NCBI GenBank assembly: GCA_965249575.1 | Contig: OZ252244.1 | Location: 3,136,001 to 3,200,000 of the forward strand | Length of the DNA: 64,000 nt | Direction: 5' to 3' | Origin: Gemmatimonadales bacterium | GTDB taxonomy: Bacteria > Gemmatimonadota > Gemmatimonadetes > Gemmatimonadales > GWC2-71-9 | Part shown: in pieces, positions 19,191-29,079 of the stretch | Layout: every line of letters starts with the position of its first letter | Numbering within the stretch: position 1 is the stretch's first letter | Program-made: the position numbers and the translations under genes | Notes under the pieces: model-generated | What the model was told of the DNA's origin: nothing | Databases searched by the model: none | What the model saw: the letters and a program-made list of their open reading frames with translations, nothing else

Positions 19191-19265
19191 CGGTCACGGA
19201 CACGGTGCCCGATTGCCGCAGGCCCTGTTGACCATTATAGTTACGTCCCCGGCAACCGCGTACTC

Positions 19266-19964
19266 ATGGCACTGATTCCCAAAGGATTGCTCAAGCGCCT
19301 CGACGCGCTGTTCAACCCCGTCGCGAGCCCGTTGATCGCCGCCGGCGTGCAGCCAAACGCCATCACCACCGTCGGCACGCTCATTCTCGTTGGTGGCGGG
19401 GTCGCATTCGGATTCGGGTATCCGCGTGTGGGAGGTGCCCTTCTTCTCTTGAGTGGGGCATTCGACGTCATCGATGGAAAGGTGGCGCGCGGGGGCGGGC
19501 TCATGTCGGCTTTCGGCGCGTTCTATGACTCTACGCTCGACCGCGTGGGCGAGTCGGTGCTGTTCGGTGGCATCGCGGTCTTCTTTCTCACTGGAGGAGT
19601 TCGTCCCGACTTGGCCGTTCTCGCCGTTTCCATTGCGATCCTGGCGCTCGCCTCCGGCCTGGTGGTTTCTTATGCTCGGGCGCGGGCGGAGGGGCTCAGG
19701 CTGGAGTGCCGCGTGGGCATTGCGCAGCGTGCGGAACGGATTCTCGGCCTCGGTATTCCGACGCTGTTCTTCGGCGCTGGTCCCGACGGGTTCCTCTTGC
19801 TCATTCTCACTTCCCTCTTGGCGGTCACGGCGGTGATTACTATCGGACAACGGATTCGACACGTCTATGTGCTCACTCGAGCGGACGCGCGGCGGTCGAC
19901 GGCGGGGCCGGAGCACGGCGGCTCGCTCGCCGGGTCACTCAGAGAAGGGCGGGGTGGTGATTGA
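19266..19964 (+). CDS. CDP-alcohol phosphatidyltransferase, PI/PIP synthase-like
   Basis: PNAIT, DVIDGKVAR...GAFYDSTLDR motif, SYARARAE...RAER; adjacent to ino1. Confidence 0.88.
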   Translation: MALIPKGLLKRLDALFNPVASPLIAAGVQPNAITTVGTLILVGGGVAFGFGYPRVGGALLLLSGAFDVIDGKVARGGGLMSAFGAFYDSTLDRVGESVLFGGIAVFFLTGGVRPDLAVLAVSIAILALASGLVVSYARARAEGLRLECRVGIAQRAERILGLGIPTLFFGAGPDGFLLLILTSLLAVTAVITIGQRIRHVYVLTRADARRSTAGPEHGGSLAGSLREGRGGD

Positions 19965-21288
19965 CAAGGTGACACGGACCGTCAAACCGGCGGACGGCAA
20001 AGTCGGTGTATTGTTGGTAGGGCTCGGAGCGGTGGCCACGACGTTTATCGCCGGGGTGGAGAACGTGCGGCGAGGTGGTGCGAAGGCGGTTGGCTCTCTG
20101 GTGGAGATGGGAACAATTCGGTTGGGCAAACGGACGGAGAACCGGGTGCCCGCGATACGCGAGTTCGTCCCGCTCGCGAAGCTCGACGACCTGGCCTTCG
20201 GTGCCTGGGATCCGATTCCGGATGACGCTTATCAATCGTGCAAGGTCGCCGGTGTCTTGGACGCGTCGCACGTCGAATCCATCGCCGATTTCTTGAAAAG
20301 CATCGTGCCGATGCCCGCCGCGTTCGACCGGCAGTACGTGAAGCGGCTCACCGGCACGAATGTCAAGACGGGGAGCACGAAGCGCGAGCTCGCGGAGCAG
20401 CTCCGCGGGGACATTCGATCGTTCAAGGCCGAGCAGGGTTGTGATCGGCTGATCATGATCTGGTGCGCCTCCACTGAGGTGTTCATTGCCCCGGGCGCCG
20501 TGCACCAGACGTTGGCGGCATTCGAGAAGGCGATGGACGAGAACGACCCCGGGATCGCGCCCTCCATGCTCTACGCGTGGGCCGCGATGAAGGAGGGGGT
20601 ACCGTTCGGCAATGGCGCTCCCAATCTGACCGTTGACGCTCCGGCCCTCCAGGAACTGGCGCGCGAGGTCCAGGTGCCTATTTGCGGCAAGGACTTCAAG
20701 ACCGGTCAGACAATGGTCAAGACGGTGCTCTCGCCGATGCTCAAGGCCCGCATGCTTGGGCTATCCGGTTGGTATTCCACGAACATCCTCGGCAATCGAG
20801 ACGGGGAAGTGCTCGACGACCCGGAGTCGTTCAAGACCAAAGAGGAGTCGAAGCTTGGCGTGCTCGAGCACATCCTCCAGCCCGCCCTATATCCGGACCT
20901 GTACGGCAATGTCTATCACAAGGTCCGTATCAATTATTACCCACCGCGGGGGGACAACAAGGAAGGGTGGGACAACATCGATTTCTTCGGGTGGCTGGGA
21001 TATCAGATGCAGATCAAGGTGGATTTTCTGTGCCGCGACTCCATTCTGGCGGCGCCGCTCGTGCTCGACCTGGTGCTGTTTCTGGATCTGGCACAGCGGT
21101 CGGGACTCTCGGGAATTCAAGAGTGGTTGTCGTTCTACTTCAAGAGTCCAATGGCCGCGCCTGGGCTGGCGCCGGAGCACGATCTCTTTATCCAACATAC
21201 CAAGCTCAAGAACACGCTGCGCTGGCTGATGGGAGAGGAGCAGATCACCCACCTCGAGGTCGAGTACTACGACTATGACATCGCGTGA
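19957..21288 (+). CDS. ino1: myo-inositol-1(3)-phosphate synthase
   Basis: GLGAVAT, GKDFKTGQT, NILGNRDG, GDNKEGWD, RDSILAAPLVLDL, SFYFKSP. Confidence 0.95.
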   Translation: MIDKVTRTVKPADGKVGVLLVGLGAVATTFIAGVENVRRGGAKAVGSLVEMGTIRLGKRTENRVPAIREFVPLAKLDDLAFGAWDPIPDDAYQSCKVAGVLDASHVESIADFLKSIVPMPAAFDRQYVKRLTGTNVKTGSTKRELAEQLRGDIRSFKAEQGCDRLIMIWCASTEVFIAPGAVHQTLAAFEKAMDENDPGIAPSMLYAWAAMKEGVPFGNGAPNLTVDAPALQELAREVQVPICGKDFKTGQTMVKTVLSPMLKARMLGLSGWYSTNILGNRDGEVLDDPESFKTKEESKLGVLEHILQPALYPDLYGNVYHKVRINYYPPRGDNKEGWDNIDFFGWLGYQMQIKVDFLCRDSILAAPLVLDLVLFLDLAQRSGLSGIQEWLSFYFKSPMAAPGLAPEHDLFIQHTKLKNTLRWLMGEEQITHLEVEYYDYDIA

Positions 21289-21716
21289 CCGCCGGTAGTA
21301 TCCTCGTTCTCATCCTGGGCGCCGTGCTGATCGCCTGGGAGCTTTGGTTTTTTCTCGGGTCCCGAACCCGGGGCAAGCTCCGACCGTCGCGGAAGGGCGG
21401 AACGCAGGAAGTCACGGTGGTTGTGAAAGGCGGGTACGATCCGGACACGATCCTCGTCGAGGCTGGCCGGCCCGTGCGCCTCCATTTCTATCGCGATGAG
21501 ACCGCGGAGTGCTCCGAGCGTGTCGTGTTCGAGCATTTTGGGATTGACGAGTCCTTGCCGGCCTTCCAGACGACGACCATCGAGTTCACACCGTCCAGGG
21601 CGGGCGATTACCCGTTTCGGTGCGGCATGTCGATTCTCTCGGGGCGCGTAGTAGCACAAGTGGGCCGGGACGAAGCTCAGGCGAACCTGGGGAAGGGTCA
21701 TACCAAACATGCCTAA
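21285..21716 (+). CDS. Membrane-anchored cupredoxin-domain protein (CupA-like)
   Basis: N-terminal [11 protein letters not shown]...FRCGM; directly upstream of a Cu ATPase. Confidence 0.85.
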   Translation: MTAGSILVLILGAVLIAWELWFFLGSRTRGKLRPSRKGGTQEVTVVVKGGYDPDTILVEAGRPVRLHFYRDETAECSERVVFEHFGIDESLPAFQTTTIEFTPSRAGDYPFRCGMSILSGRVVAQVGRDEAQANLGKGHTKHA

Positions 21717-24252
21717 GTCGCGGATCACCCTCCCGATCGAGGGCATGACGTGTGGCGCCTGTGCTCTCACGGTGCAGAAGCGGCTCTCGGAGGCCCCGGG
21801 GGTCCATGACGCCTCGGTGAACTACGCGACGGGCAAGGCCACGATCGCGCTCGAGGACGGCCAGTCAAAGGTAGCCGATCTCGTGAAAGCGATCCGCGAA
21901 GTTGGTTACGACTGCGCCCGCGCGTCGCTTTCATTCACCGTTGAGGGTCTGCACTACTCGTCGGGCGTAGGGAGGCTCGAGGAGGAACTGCGGCGATTGC
22001 CGGGTGTGCTCAAGGTGGCCGCGAATCAGGCTACGGAACAGGCGGCCATCGAGTACGTACCCGGCCTGCTGACCGCGAACGACGTCGAGCGGGCGATCGA
22101 ACGGGTTGGGCTACGCGTGGCCGAGCCCATTGCCGCCGAGGACCCGGTCGAGCGTGCCCGTATCCAGCAGGCTCGCGAGGTTCGGCGACTGGCATGGAAG
22201 CTCGTGGTGGCCACCGTGGCGGCCGTAGTCACCATGCTTGGCTCCATGCCGCTCATGCAGGACGTCACCGCCAAAGGGCATGACGTGTTCCACCGTCTGA
22301 TGGCGCCCGTCGGTAGCGTCGTGCGTGCGGCGCTCCCCCAACTCTACGCGCTGGACGGCCAGTTGCTCAAACTGGGCATGCTGGTCATCACGATCCCCGT
22401 GTTGGCGTGGAGCGGTCGTCAGTTCTTCGCCGGGGCGCTCAGCGGGCTCCGGCACCGCACCGCGGACATGAACACCCTGATCGCGTTGGGGACGGGAGCG
22501 GCTTTCCTCTACTCGATGGTGGCCACCCTGCTGCCGGCCGTCTTCACGAGTGCGGGCTTACCCGCCGACGTCTACTTCGAAGCCACCAACACCGTCATCG
22601 CGTTCATCCTGCTCGGCAGACTGCTCGAGTCGCGGGCCAAGAGCCGGACCTCGGCTGCGATTCAAGCGTTGGTCGCGCTCCGCCCGACGACCGCCCGGGT
22701 TCAGCGGGACTTGACCGATGTCGAAGTCCCCATTGAAGAAATTGGTGTAGGGGACATCGTCGTCGTGCGACCCGGCGAAACGATACCGGTGGACGGGGTG
22801 GTCACGTCGGGCGAGTCCAGTGTAAACGAGGCAATGATTACCGGGGAGCCACTCCCCGCGCCAAAGAAGACCGGCGATCGGGTAATTGGAGGCACCATCA
22901 ATACGACAGGGTCGGTTGCCTTCGAGGCCACCGCCGTTGGCAAGGACACGGCACTGGCGCAGATCGTGCGTCTGGTCGAGGAGGCGCAAGGGTCGAAGGC
23001 ACCGATTCAGCATCTGGCAGATCGTGTCGCCGGCGTGTTCGTACCGGTCGTGATCGCCATTGCGATCGCGGCCTTCGTGATCTGGTTCGTGTTTGGACCC
23101 CAGCCGGTGATCGTGTACAGCACGATCGCCTTGGTCACGGTGCTGGTGATTGCTTGCCCTTGTGCGCTCGGCTTGGCGACACCGACCGCCATCATGGTCG
23201 GGACCGGAAAGGGCGCGCAACACGGCGTGTTGATCCGAGGCGGGGAGGCACTGCAGGGCATACAGCGCGTCGACACGTTCGTGTTTGACAAGACCGGCAC
23301 GATCACTGAGGGGAAGCCAACCGTCACCCACATTCTTGGCGCCAGACGCTCAGATGGCACCACGGTCAGCCCACCAGAACTGCTGCGCCTGGCGGCGGCG
23401 GTCGAGGCCCGTTCGGAGCACCCGCTTGCCTTCGCCGTCGTCGAGCAGGCAAAGGCCAAAGGGGTCCCCGTCTCGTCGGTGGAACGGTTCGTGGCGATGG
23501 AAGGCCGTGGGGCACGCGGCATCGTCGGCAAGTTCCTCGTCGAGGTCATCAGCGTGCGCCACGCGCGGGAGCGCAATCTCGACCTCGGGTCGCTAGCCGC
23601 GGATGCCGACCGGCACGTGCTCGGGGGTCGGATTCCCGTGCTCGTCGTCGTCAACGACACCGTGCAGGGCGTGATCGTGATCGCGGATGCCATCAAGCCG
23701 ACGAGCAAACCCGCCATCACCCGGCTCCGGAAGATGGGGTTCACGGTCTACCTCATGAGCGGCGATAGCAAGGTATCGGCGAAACTCGTGGCGAAGGAAG
23801 TCGGCTTCGACCGCGTGCTCGCGGAAGTCGAGCCTCGCCAGAAGGCGGAGGAAATCAAACGCCTCCAGCAGGACGGAAAGGTCGTGGCGATGGTTGGCGA
23901 TGGGATCAACGACGCCCCGGCGTTGGCACAGGCAGATATTGGATTGTCCATCGGTACCGGTACCGACGTGGCTGTGGAGGCATCTGACATTACGCTGATT
24001 CGAGGAGATCCGCGCGGGGTCGTGACCACTATCGAGCTATCCCGCAAAACGATGTCCACCGTGCGGGCAAATCTCTTTTTGGCGTTCGTCTACAACGTGC
24101 TGGCCATCCCCATTGCGGCGGGCGTCCTGTATCCCGTCACGCAACTGCTGTTGAGTCCAGTCGTGGCGAGCCTCGCGATGGCACTCTCGAGCTTGAGCGT
24201 CGTTGGCAATAGCCTACGCCTGAAAGGCTTCACTCCATCAATGTCGACCTGA
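21709..24252 (+). CDS. copA: Cu(I)-translocating P1B-1 ATPase
   Basis: [40 protein letters not shown]...MALSS. Confidence 0.95.
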   Translation: MPKSRITLPIEGMTCGACALTVQKRLSEAPGVHDASVNYATGKATIALEDGQSKVADLVKAIREVGYDCARASLSFTVEGLHYSSGVGRLEEELRRLPGVLKVAANQATEQAAIEYVPGLLTANDVERAIERVGLRVAEPIAAEDPVERARIQQAREVRRLAWKLVVATVAAVVTMLGSMPLMQDVTAKGHDVFHRLMAPVGSVVRAALPQLYALDGQLLKLGMLVITIPVLAWSGRQFFAGALSGLRHRTADMNTLIALGTGAAFLYSMVATLLPAVFTSAGLPADVYFEATNTVIAFILLGRLLESRAKSRTSAAIQALVALRPTTARVQRDLTDVEVPIEEIGVGDIVVVRPGETIPVDGVVTSGESSVNEAMITGEPLPAPKKTGDRVIGGTINTTGSVAFEATAVGKDTALAQIVRLVEEAQGSKAPIQHLADRVAGVFVPVVIAIAIAAFVIWFVFGPQPVIVYSTIALVTVLVIACPCALGLATPTAIMVGTGKGAQHGVLIRGGEALQGIQRVDTFVFDKTGTITEGKPTVTHILGARRSDGTTVSPPELLRLAAAVEARSEHPLAFAVVEQAKAKGVPVSSVERFVAMEGRGARGIVGKFLVEVISVRHARERNLDLGSLAADADRHVLGGRIPVLVVVNDTVQGVIVIADAIKPTSKPAITRLRKMGFTVYLMSGDSKVSAKLVAKEVGFDRVLAEVEPRQKAEEIKRLQQDGKVVAMVGDGINDAPALAQADIGLSIGTGTDVAVEASDITLIRGDPRGVVTTIELSRKTMSTVRANLFLAFVYNVLAIPIAAGVLYPVTQLLLSPVVASLAMALSSLSVVGNSLRLKGFTPSMST

Positions 24253-24255
24253 GTC

Positions 24256-24549
24256 ATGCGCTACTTTCACCGCACGCCCGTTTCTCTCGACGACGTCCTC
24301 TCACAGGCGGACACTCACTTTCGGGGGCTGCAATCGGAGGGCTCGGTGGGGCAGGGTCATAGCCGCTCGTTTGCGGGCGCCATCGGCCGCATTTCTCTCA
24401 CCGTGAGGGCCGAGGGTGGGCACTACACGCTCGTGACCGTCGAGACTGATCAGGTTGGAGAGAGCGAGGCGGACAAGCTCGCAAAACGATTCCTGGCAGT
24501 TGTGCACCGCCGGGCTGAGCCGGGATACGAGGTGCGGGGAGCATATTAG
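24256..24549 (+). CDS. Hypothetical protein (97 aa)
   Basis: ATG 3 nt after the copA stop, operonic position, no recognised motif. Confidence 0.7.
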   Translation: MRYFHRTPVSLDDVLSQADTHFRGLQSEGSVGQGHSRSFAGAIGRISLTVRAEGGHYTLVTVETDQVGESEADKLAKRFLAVVHRRAEPGYEVRGAY

Positions 24550-24620
24550 AACGTGATCGAACGCCTAGCGATCAGCGGTGCCGGTCGGGGGGGTAAAGGC
24601 CGCTGCGTGGAGTCTCAACG

Positions 24621-24836
24621 ATGGCACACGTGACACTATTGGTGAGCGGGATGACGTGCGAGCATTGCCGAGATAAAGTGGACCGGGCCCTCAACGGGGT
24701 GTCGGGTGTGTGGGGGGCGGCCGTAGACCTGGAGCAAGACACGGCCGACATCGATTTCGACGACCGGCGAGCCAAAGCGGAACAATTCGTCGAAGCGGTG
24801 CGGCACGCGGGGTACGAGGTCCAGGTCCAGGGATGA
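24621..24836 (+). CDS. copZ: Copper chaperone (HMA domain)
   Basis: GMTCEHC motif, 71 aa, GGAG RBS. Confidence 0.9.
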   Translation: MAHVTLLVSGMTCEHCRDKVDRALNGVSGVWGAAVDLEQDTADIDFDDRRAKAEQFVEAVRHAGYEVQVQG

Positions 24837-25870
24837 GCACGCCGACCTGGACGGCGGCGTCCTCGATTCCCTCGGATCTTTCGCGCGAACAGCTTCTCGA
24901 GATCTACTACTACTTGCGTCTCACCCGATCGCTCGAAGAGCGGCTCGTGAGGCTCCAGCGTCAGGGGAAGGTGATCGGGGGACTGTACCGCTCGCTCGGT
25001 CAGGAGGGCGAGAGCGTGGGCAGTGCCTTTGCGTTGGGCCCCGGCGACATCCTCTCACCCCTCATACGCAACCTCGGGTCCATGCTCCTCCGCGGGGCGC
25101 AGCCCGTCGATGTGTTCCGCCAGTATATGGCGAAGCGGCAGAGTCCCACCGGGGGCCGGGAACTGAACATCCATTTCGACGATCTGGAGCTCGGCTACCT
25201 GGGGCCGGTCTCGCCCCTCGGCGACATGGTGGCGGTCATGGCCGGCATAGCCCTCTCGTTCAAGATCCGGAGGGAGCGTCGCGTGGGCATGGTCTATGTC
25301 GGGGACGGGTGCACGAGCACCGGTACCTTCCACGAGGCAGTCAACCTGGCGGCCGTTCAGCGGTTGCCGCTCGTCGTCGTGCTGGAGAGTAACGGGTACG
25401 CGTACTCCACGCCCACGGTCAGGCAGACCGCGGTGACACATTTGGCAGACAAGGGGAAAGCGTACGGCATTCCATCGGTGACGGTCGATGGGAATGACGT
25501 TTTTGCGGTTTACGAGGCTGCAAGAACCGCCGTGCGTCGCGCGCGAGCCGGGGAGGGCGTCACGTTTCTCGAGGTCGAAACGTATCGGCGCAAAGGGCAC
25601 GCGGAGCACGACGACCAGCGCTATCAGCCGCGAGACGAAATCGCACAATGGGAACGTAAGGACCCTATCGTCCGGTACGTTGCCCGCGTGACTGGTGACG
25701 GTTGGGTGGAATCGGCGGAGTTGGCGGAAGTGGATACTCGCGTCGACCGCGAGTTGAACGCCGCCGTTGGAGCCTGTGAGGGGGAACCCCTGCCCGAAGG
25801 TGGCTCGGCGCTTTCGGCAGTCTATCGCGACCCGCCGAGTGCCGACTCTCTGTGGTTCAGGGGGCTGTAG
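24833..25870 (+). CDS. 2-oxoacid dehydrogenase E1 alpha subunit (PDH/BCKDH type)
   Basis: GQEG, GDG...N TPP motif, YRRKGHAEHDD; ATGA overlap with copZ. Confidence 0.92.
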   Translation: MSTPTWTAASSIPSDLSREQLLEIYYYLRLTRSLEERLVRLQRQGKVIGGLYRSLGQEGESVGSAFALGPGDILSPLIRNLGSMLLRGAQPVDVFRQYMAKRQSPTGGRELNIHFDDLELGYLGPVSPLGDMVAVMAGIALSFKIRRERRVGMVYVGDGCTSTGTFHEAVNLAAVQRLPLVVVLESNGYAYSTPTVRQTAVTHLADKGKAYGIPSVTVDGNDVFAVYEAARTAVRRARAGEGVTFLEVETYRRKGHAEHDDQRYQPRDEIAQWERKDPIVRYVARVTGDGWVESAELAEVDTRVDRELNAAVGACEGEPLPEGGSALSAVYRDPPSADSLWFRGL

Positions 25871-25942
25871 TCGTGAAGGGATCTTGGTCGAGGGGGCTCA
25901 CGTGCGCCGTGTGATCGGTTCGGGCCGGTGGAGGGTGTGGAC

Positions 25943-26923
25943 ATGGCAGAAGTGACGTACCTGGAGGCGCTCCGACAGGGGTTGTGGGAAGAAATGGAAC
26001 GGGATGAGCGCGTGTTCATTCTGGGGGAGGATGTTGGTGTCTACGGGGGTGCGTTCAAAGTCACTGACGGGTTTCAGAGTCGATTCGGTGAGGCTCGGGT
26101 AATCGACACGCCTATCAGCGAGGCCGCAATCGTTGGAGCCGCGGCAGGAGCCGCGCACATGGGCCTCCGGCCGGTCGCGGAGATGCAGTTCATCGATTTC
26201 ATTGCCTGCGCGTATGACATGCTCACGAATTACGTGGCAACGGCCCGGTATCGCTCGGGCTTATCCACACCGATCGTCGTGCGCGGGCCGAGTGGCGGCT
26301 ACGTTCGTGGCGGACCGTTTCACTCCCAGTCACCCGAAGCGGCCTTCCTTCACACGCCCGGCCTGAAGCTCGTCTGTCCCGCGACGGCACGCGACGCCAA
26401 GGGCCTGATCAAGGCGGCCATCCGGGACGAAGACCCGACCATCTACTTCGAGCACAAGTACCTCTACCGCCGCATCAAGGAGGACCTGCCGGAGGGCGAG
26501 GACATCGTCACCCCGATCGGAAAGGCGCGCGTTGCCCGCGAGGGTCGGGACCTGTCGATCATCACTTGGTCGGCGATGGTGTGGAAGTCGCTCGAAGCAG
26601 CGGAGCAGATTGCGTCTGAGGATGGGGCGTCCATCGAGGTCGTCGACCTGCGGTCGCTGCTGCCGATGGATTCCGATGCAATCACGGCCACCGTAAAGAA
26701 GACTAACAAGGTACTGATCGTACACGAGGACACTCGGACGGGCGGCGTTGCCGGCGAGATAACCGCACGCATCAATGAATCGGCGTTCGAGTGGCTGGAC
26801 GGCCCAATCATGAGGGTGACCGGACAGGACACTCCGCTCCCGTACGCGCCTACGCTCGAAGACTTCGTCCTGCCGCAGACGGATGATATCGTCAAGGCAG
26901 CACGGTGGTTGCTTGCCTACTGA
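25943..26923 (+). CDS. 2-oxoacid dehydrogenase E1 beta subunit
   Basis: GEDVGVYGGAF, DTPISE, AEMQFIDF, HSQSPE, VDLRSL. Confidence 0.94.
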   Translation: MAEVTYLEALRQGLWEEMERDERVFILGEDVGVYGGAFKVTDGFQSRFGEARVIDTPISEAAIVGAAAGAAHMGLRPVAEMQFIDFIACAYDMLTNYVATARYRSGLSTPIVVRGPSGGYVRGGPFHSQSPEAAFLHTPGLKLVCPATARDAKGLIKAAIRDEDPTIYFEHKYLYRRIKEDLPEGEDIVTPIGKARVAREGRDLSIITWSAMVWKSLEAAEQIASEDGASIEVVDLRSLLPMDSDAITATVKKTNKVLIVHEDTRTGGVAGEITARINESAFEWLDGPIMRVTGQDTPLPYAPTLEDFVLPQTDDIVKAARWLLAY

Positions 26924-26945
26924 TGCGGGCGGCTAGCTCGGCGGG

Positions 26946-27350
26946 TCAGCTGGCTGTGCCCTCCCAGTGGGCGCGCAGGTTGATGTGGCAACGGACCGCT
27001 TCGACGGCGGCCGCGTTTGTGAGTACGGAGCACCATCCCCCACCGCCCCAGAACGCGCTCCCGTCAATCGCCGCCGCGCCGTAGCCCGAGCGGCTCAGCG
27101 ATCGGGCTGCCGCACGACGGAGGAGCCTGAGCAGCTTCCGGCGTTCGAAGTCGGCGGGGACCAACGCGAGGACCTGCAGCCCATCTGGCCGGACCGTGAT
27201 GGAATCGACGGTCCACCCGAGGTGACCGCACGCCTCACGCAGCGCCCGTTCGCAGAATTGCCGTGGCTCGGCTATCTTGAGACGCCTGCAGTGCCTGCGC
27301 GGCGTGCAAACGAAGTAGCACCAGTTGGTTCCGGTTGGCGTGAATCGCAC
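26946..27350 (-). mobile_element. IS200/IS605 TnpA (Y1 HUH)-like protein with catalytic residues lost
   Basis: 134-aa ORF from GTG 27350 collinear with TnpA motifs: CYFVCTPRR, LREAC, PDGLQVLALVP (HUH lost), FWGGGGW, VRCHI (Tyr lost). Confidence 0.65.
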
Positions 27351-27450
27351 GCGGTAATGTTGTCTCGCGGCGGCCCGCAGGCAGCGCCAAAAAACCGCGA
27401 GGACGGATGAAATCTGCCAGGGTTTGCCGAGGAAACGTAGGAGATTTCGT

Positions 27451-28803
27451 ATGGCGCCAGTAGATGTGATCATGCCGCAAATGGGCGAGTCCATCGCCGA
27501 GGGCACCGTGTCACGGTGGCTCAAGCAGGTCGGCGATGATGTCGATCGAGACGAGCCGCTCCTCGAGATCTCCACGGACAAGGTCGACGCGGAGATCCCA
27601 TCGCCGGCAAGGGGAGTGCTCACGGAGATCAAAGTTGGAGAGGGTGAAACGGTCGAGGTCCAGGCCGTCGTGGCCGTGATCGAGACAGAGAAGGCCGCGG
27701 CCGCCGCCTCGGCGCCCGCCGCCCCCCCGGACAAGACCCCAGAGCCGGCCGCTCAGCAACCGCCACCGGCGAGCGCTACTTCTGGTGCCGCTCCCCAACA
27801 GGCGGCCCCTGCCGCCCCCGCCCCGTCGGCGCTGCCCGCGCCCCGGCCAAGCGGCGATGGTGCGGAAACGACGGAGGAGCGACTCCGCCGGCGATCGACG
27901 CCCCTCGTGCGACGGATCGCGGCGGACCACAAGGTCGATATCGCGCCGGTGAGTGGAACGGGTTACGCCGGGCGGGTGACGAAGAGAGACATCTTGCAGT
28001 TCATCGAGGGCGGGGTTCCCGCGGTTGCCCCCGCGGCCGCGCCCTCCGTGGGCCGGCCGATGCCGGGTGCCATTGTCCACCCACCGGTCGAACCGTGGCC
28101 TGGCGATCGTGTCGAGCCGATGAGCAAGATCCGCAAGCTCACCGCCGATCACATGGTGATGTCGCGAAGGACTTCCGCCCACGTGACCAGCTTTTTCGAG
28201 GTCGATTTTACACGGGTGGCACAGCTCAGGCGGGCAAGGAAAACGGAATACGAGGAGCGAGGCGTCCGGCTCACGTATATGGGCTTCATCATCAAGGTGG
28301 TCGCAGACAATCTCCGGCGTCACCCCATCATCAACGCGTCGGTGAGCGGCGATTCGGTCATCTATCGCAAGCCCATCAACGTGGGGATCGCCGTTGCGCT
28401 GGATTGGGGTCTGATCGTGCCCGTCATCCGGAATGCCGATGAGCTCTCCCTCATCGGCCTAGCCAAGGCCATGGCCGACCTCGCCGACCGTGCCCGCTCG
28501 AAACGGCTCAATCCGGACGAGGTCCAACAGGGGACCTTCACGATCACCAATCCCGGTGGCTTCGGGTCCTACATCGGGACGCCCATCATTTCGCAGCCCC
28601 AGGTCGCCATCCTCGGTGTCGGTGCCATCGAGAAGCGGCCCAAGGTGCTGACGCTCGACGACGGACAGGATGTGCTCGCTATTCGGACCATGTCGATGCT
28701 CAGCCTGTCGTACGACCACCGGGTGGTCGACGGGGCCGACGGTGATCGGTTCATGGCCGACGTGAAGCGCGACCTGGAGGATTTCAGCGAAGGAGCCCTG
28801 TAG
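27451..28803 (+). CDS. Dihydrolipoamide acyltransferase E2 (one lipoyl domain)
   Basis: PQMGESIAEG, STDKVD lipoyl Lys, GTGYAGRVTKRD E3-binding domain, YDHRVVDG. Confidence 0.94.
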   Translation: MAPVDVIMPQMGESIAEGTVSRWLKQVGDDVDRDEPLLEISTDKVDAEIPSPARGVLTEIKVGEGETVEVQAVVAVIETEKAAAAASAPAAPPDKTPEPAAQQPPPASATSGAAPQQAAPAAPAPSALPAPRPSGDGAETTEERLRRRSTPLVRRIAADHKVDIAPVSGTGYAGRVTKRDILQFIEGGVPAVAPAAAPSVGRPMPGAIVHPPVEPWPGDRVEPMSKIRKLTADHMVMSRRTSAHVTSFFEVDFTRVAQLRRARKTEYEERGVRLTYMGFIIKVVADNLRRHPIINASVSGDSVIYRKPINVGIAVALDWGLIVPVIRNADELSLIGLAKAMADLADRARSKRLNPDEVQQGTFTITNPGGFGSYIGTPIISQPQVAILGVGAIEKRPKVLTLDDGQDVLAIRTMSMLSLSYDHRVVDGADGDRFMADVKRDLEDFSEGAL

Positions 28804-29079
28804 GTGGCTCGGAGGGCGATCGAAGTTGAGGGCGAGCGCTGGTTGATTTATCCGTCGGGCCGGGTCACGGCTTACTCACGAGATGAGTTCGGTCTTGTGT
28901 TCGAGAAGGGCACGGGCGCGTCGCGGATTCGGCGCGTGACCCGGTACTCGCCGTTGGGCGCGCGACGCTGGGATGCGGCTCTAGCCGAGCTGTCAGACGC
29001 GCGCCTCCACGAGTTTTTTCGGCAATCGCAGCCCGCGTGGACCAGCCCGGAGACGCGCTACACCCGCCCATCGCGGTGA
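28804..29079 (+). CDS. Hypothetical protein (91 aa)
   Basis: GTG immediately after the E2 stop; overlaps the next start. Confidence 0.7.
   Translation: MARRAIEVEGERWLIYPSGRVTAYSRDEFGLVFEKGTGASRIRRVTRYSPLGARRWDAALAELSDARLHEFFRQSQPAWTSPETRYTRPSR

Noticed and set aside
24579..24595. CsoR-like operator (TGCCGGTCGGGGGGGTA) upstream of copZ
   Set aside because: Only the GGGGTA half matches, the palindrome is poor, and no csoR is in the window
27351..27734. N-terminal half of the 262-aa minus-strand ORF
   Set aside because: Mostly antisense to the E2 gene; TnpA-like similarity starts only at about 27350
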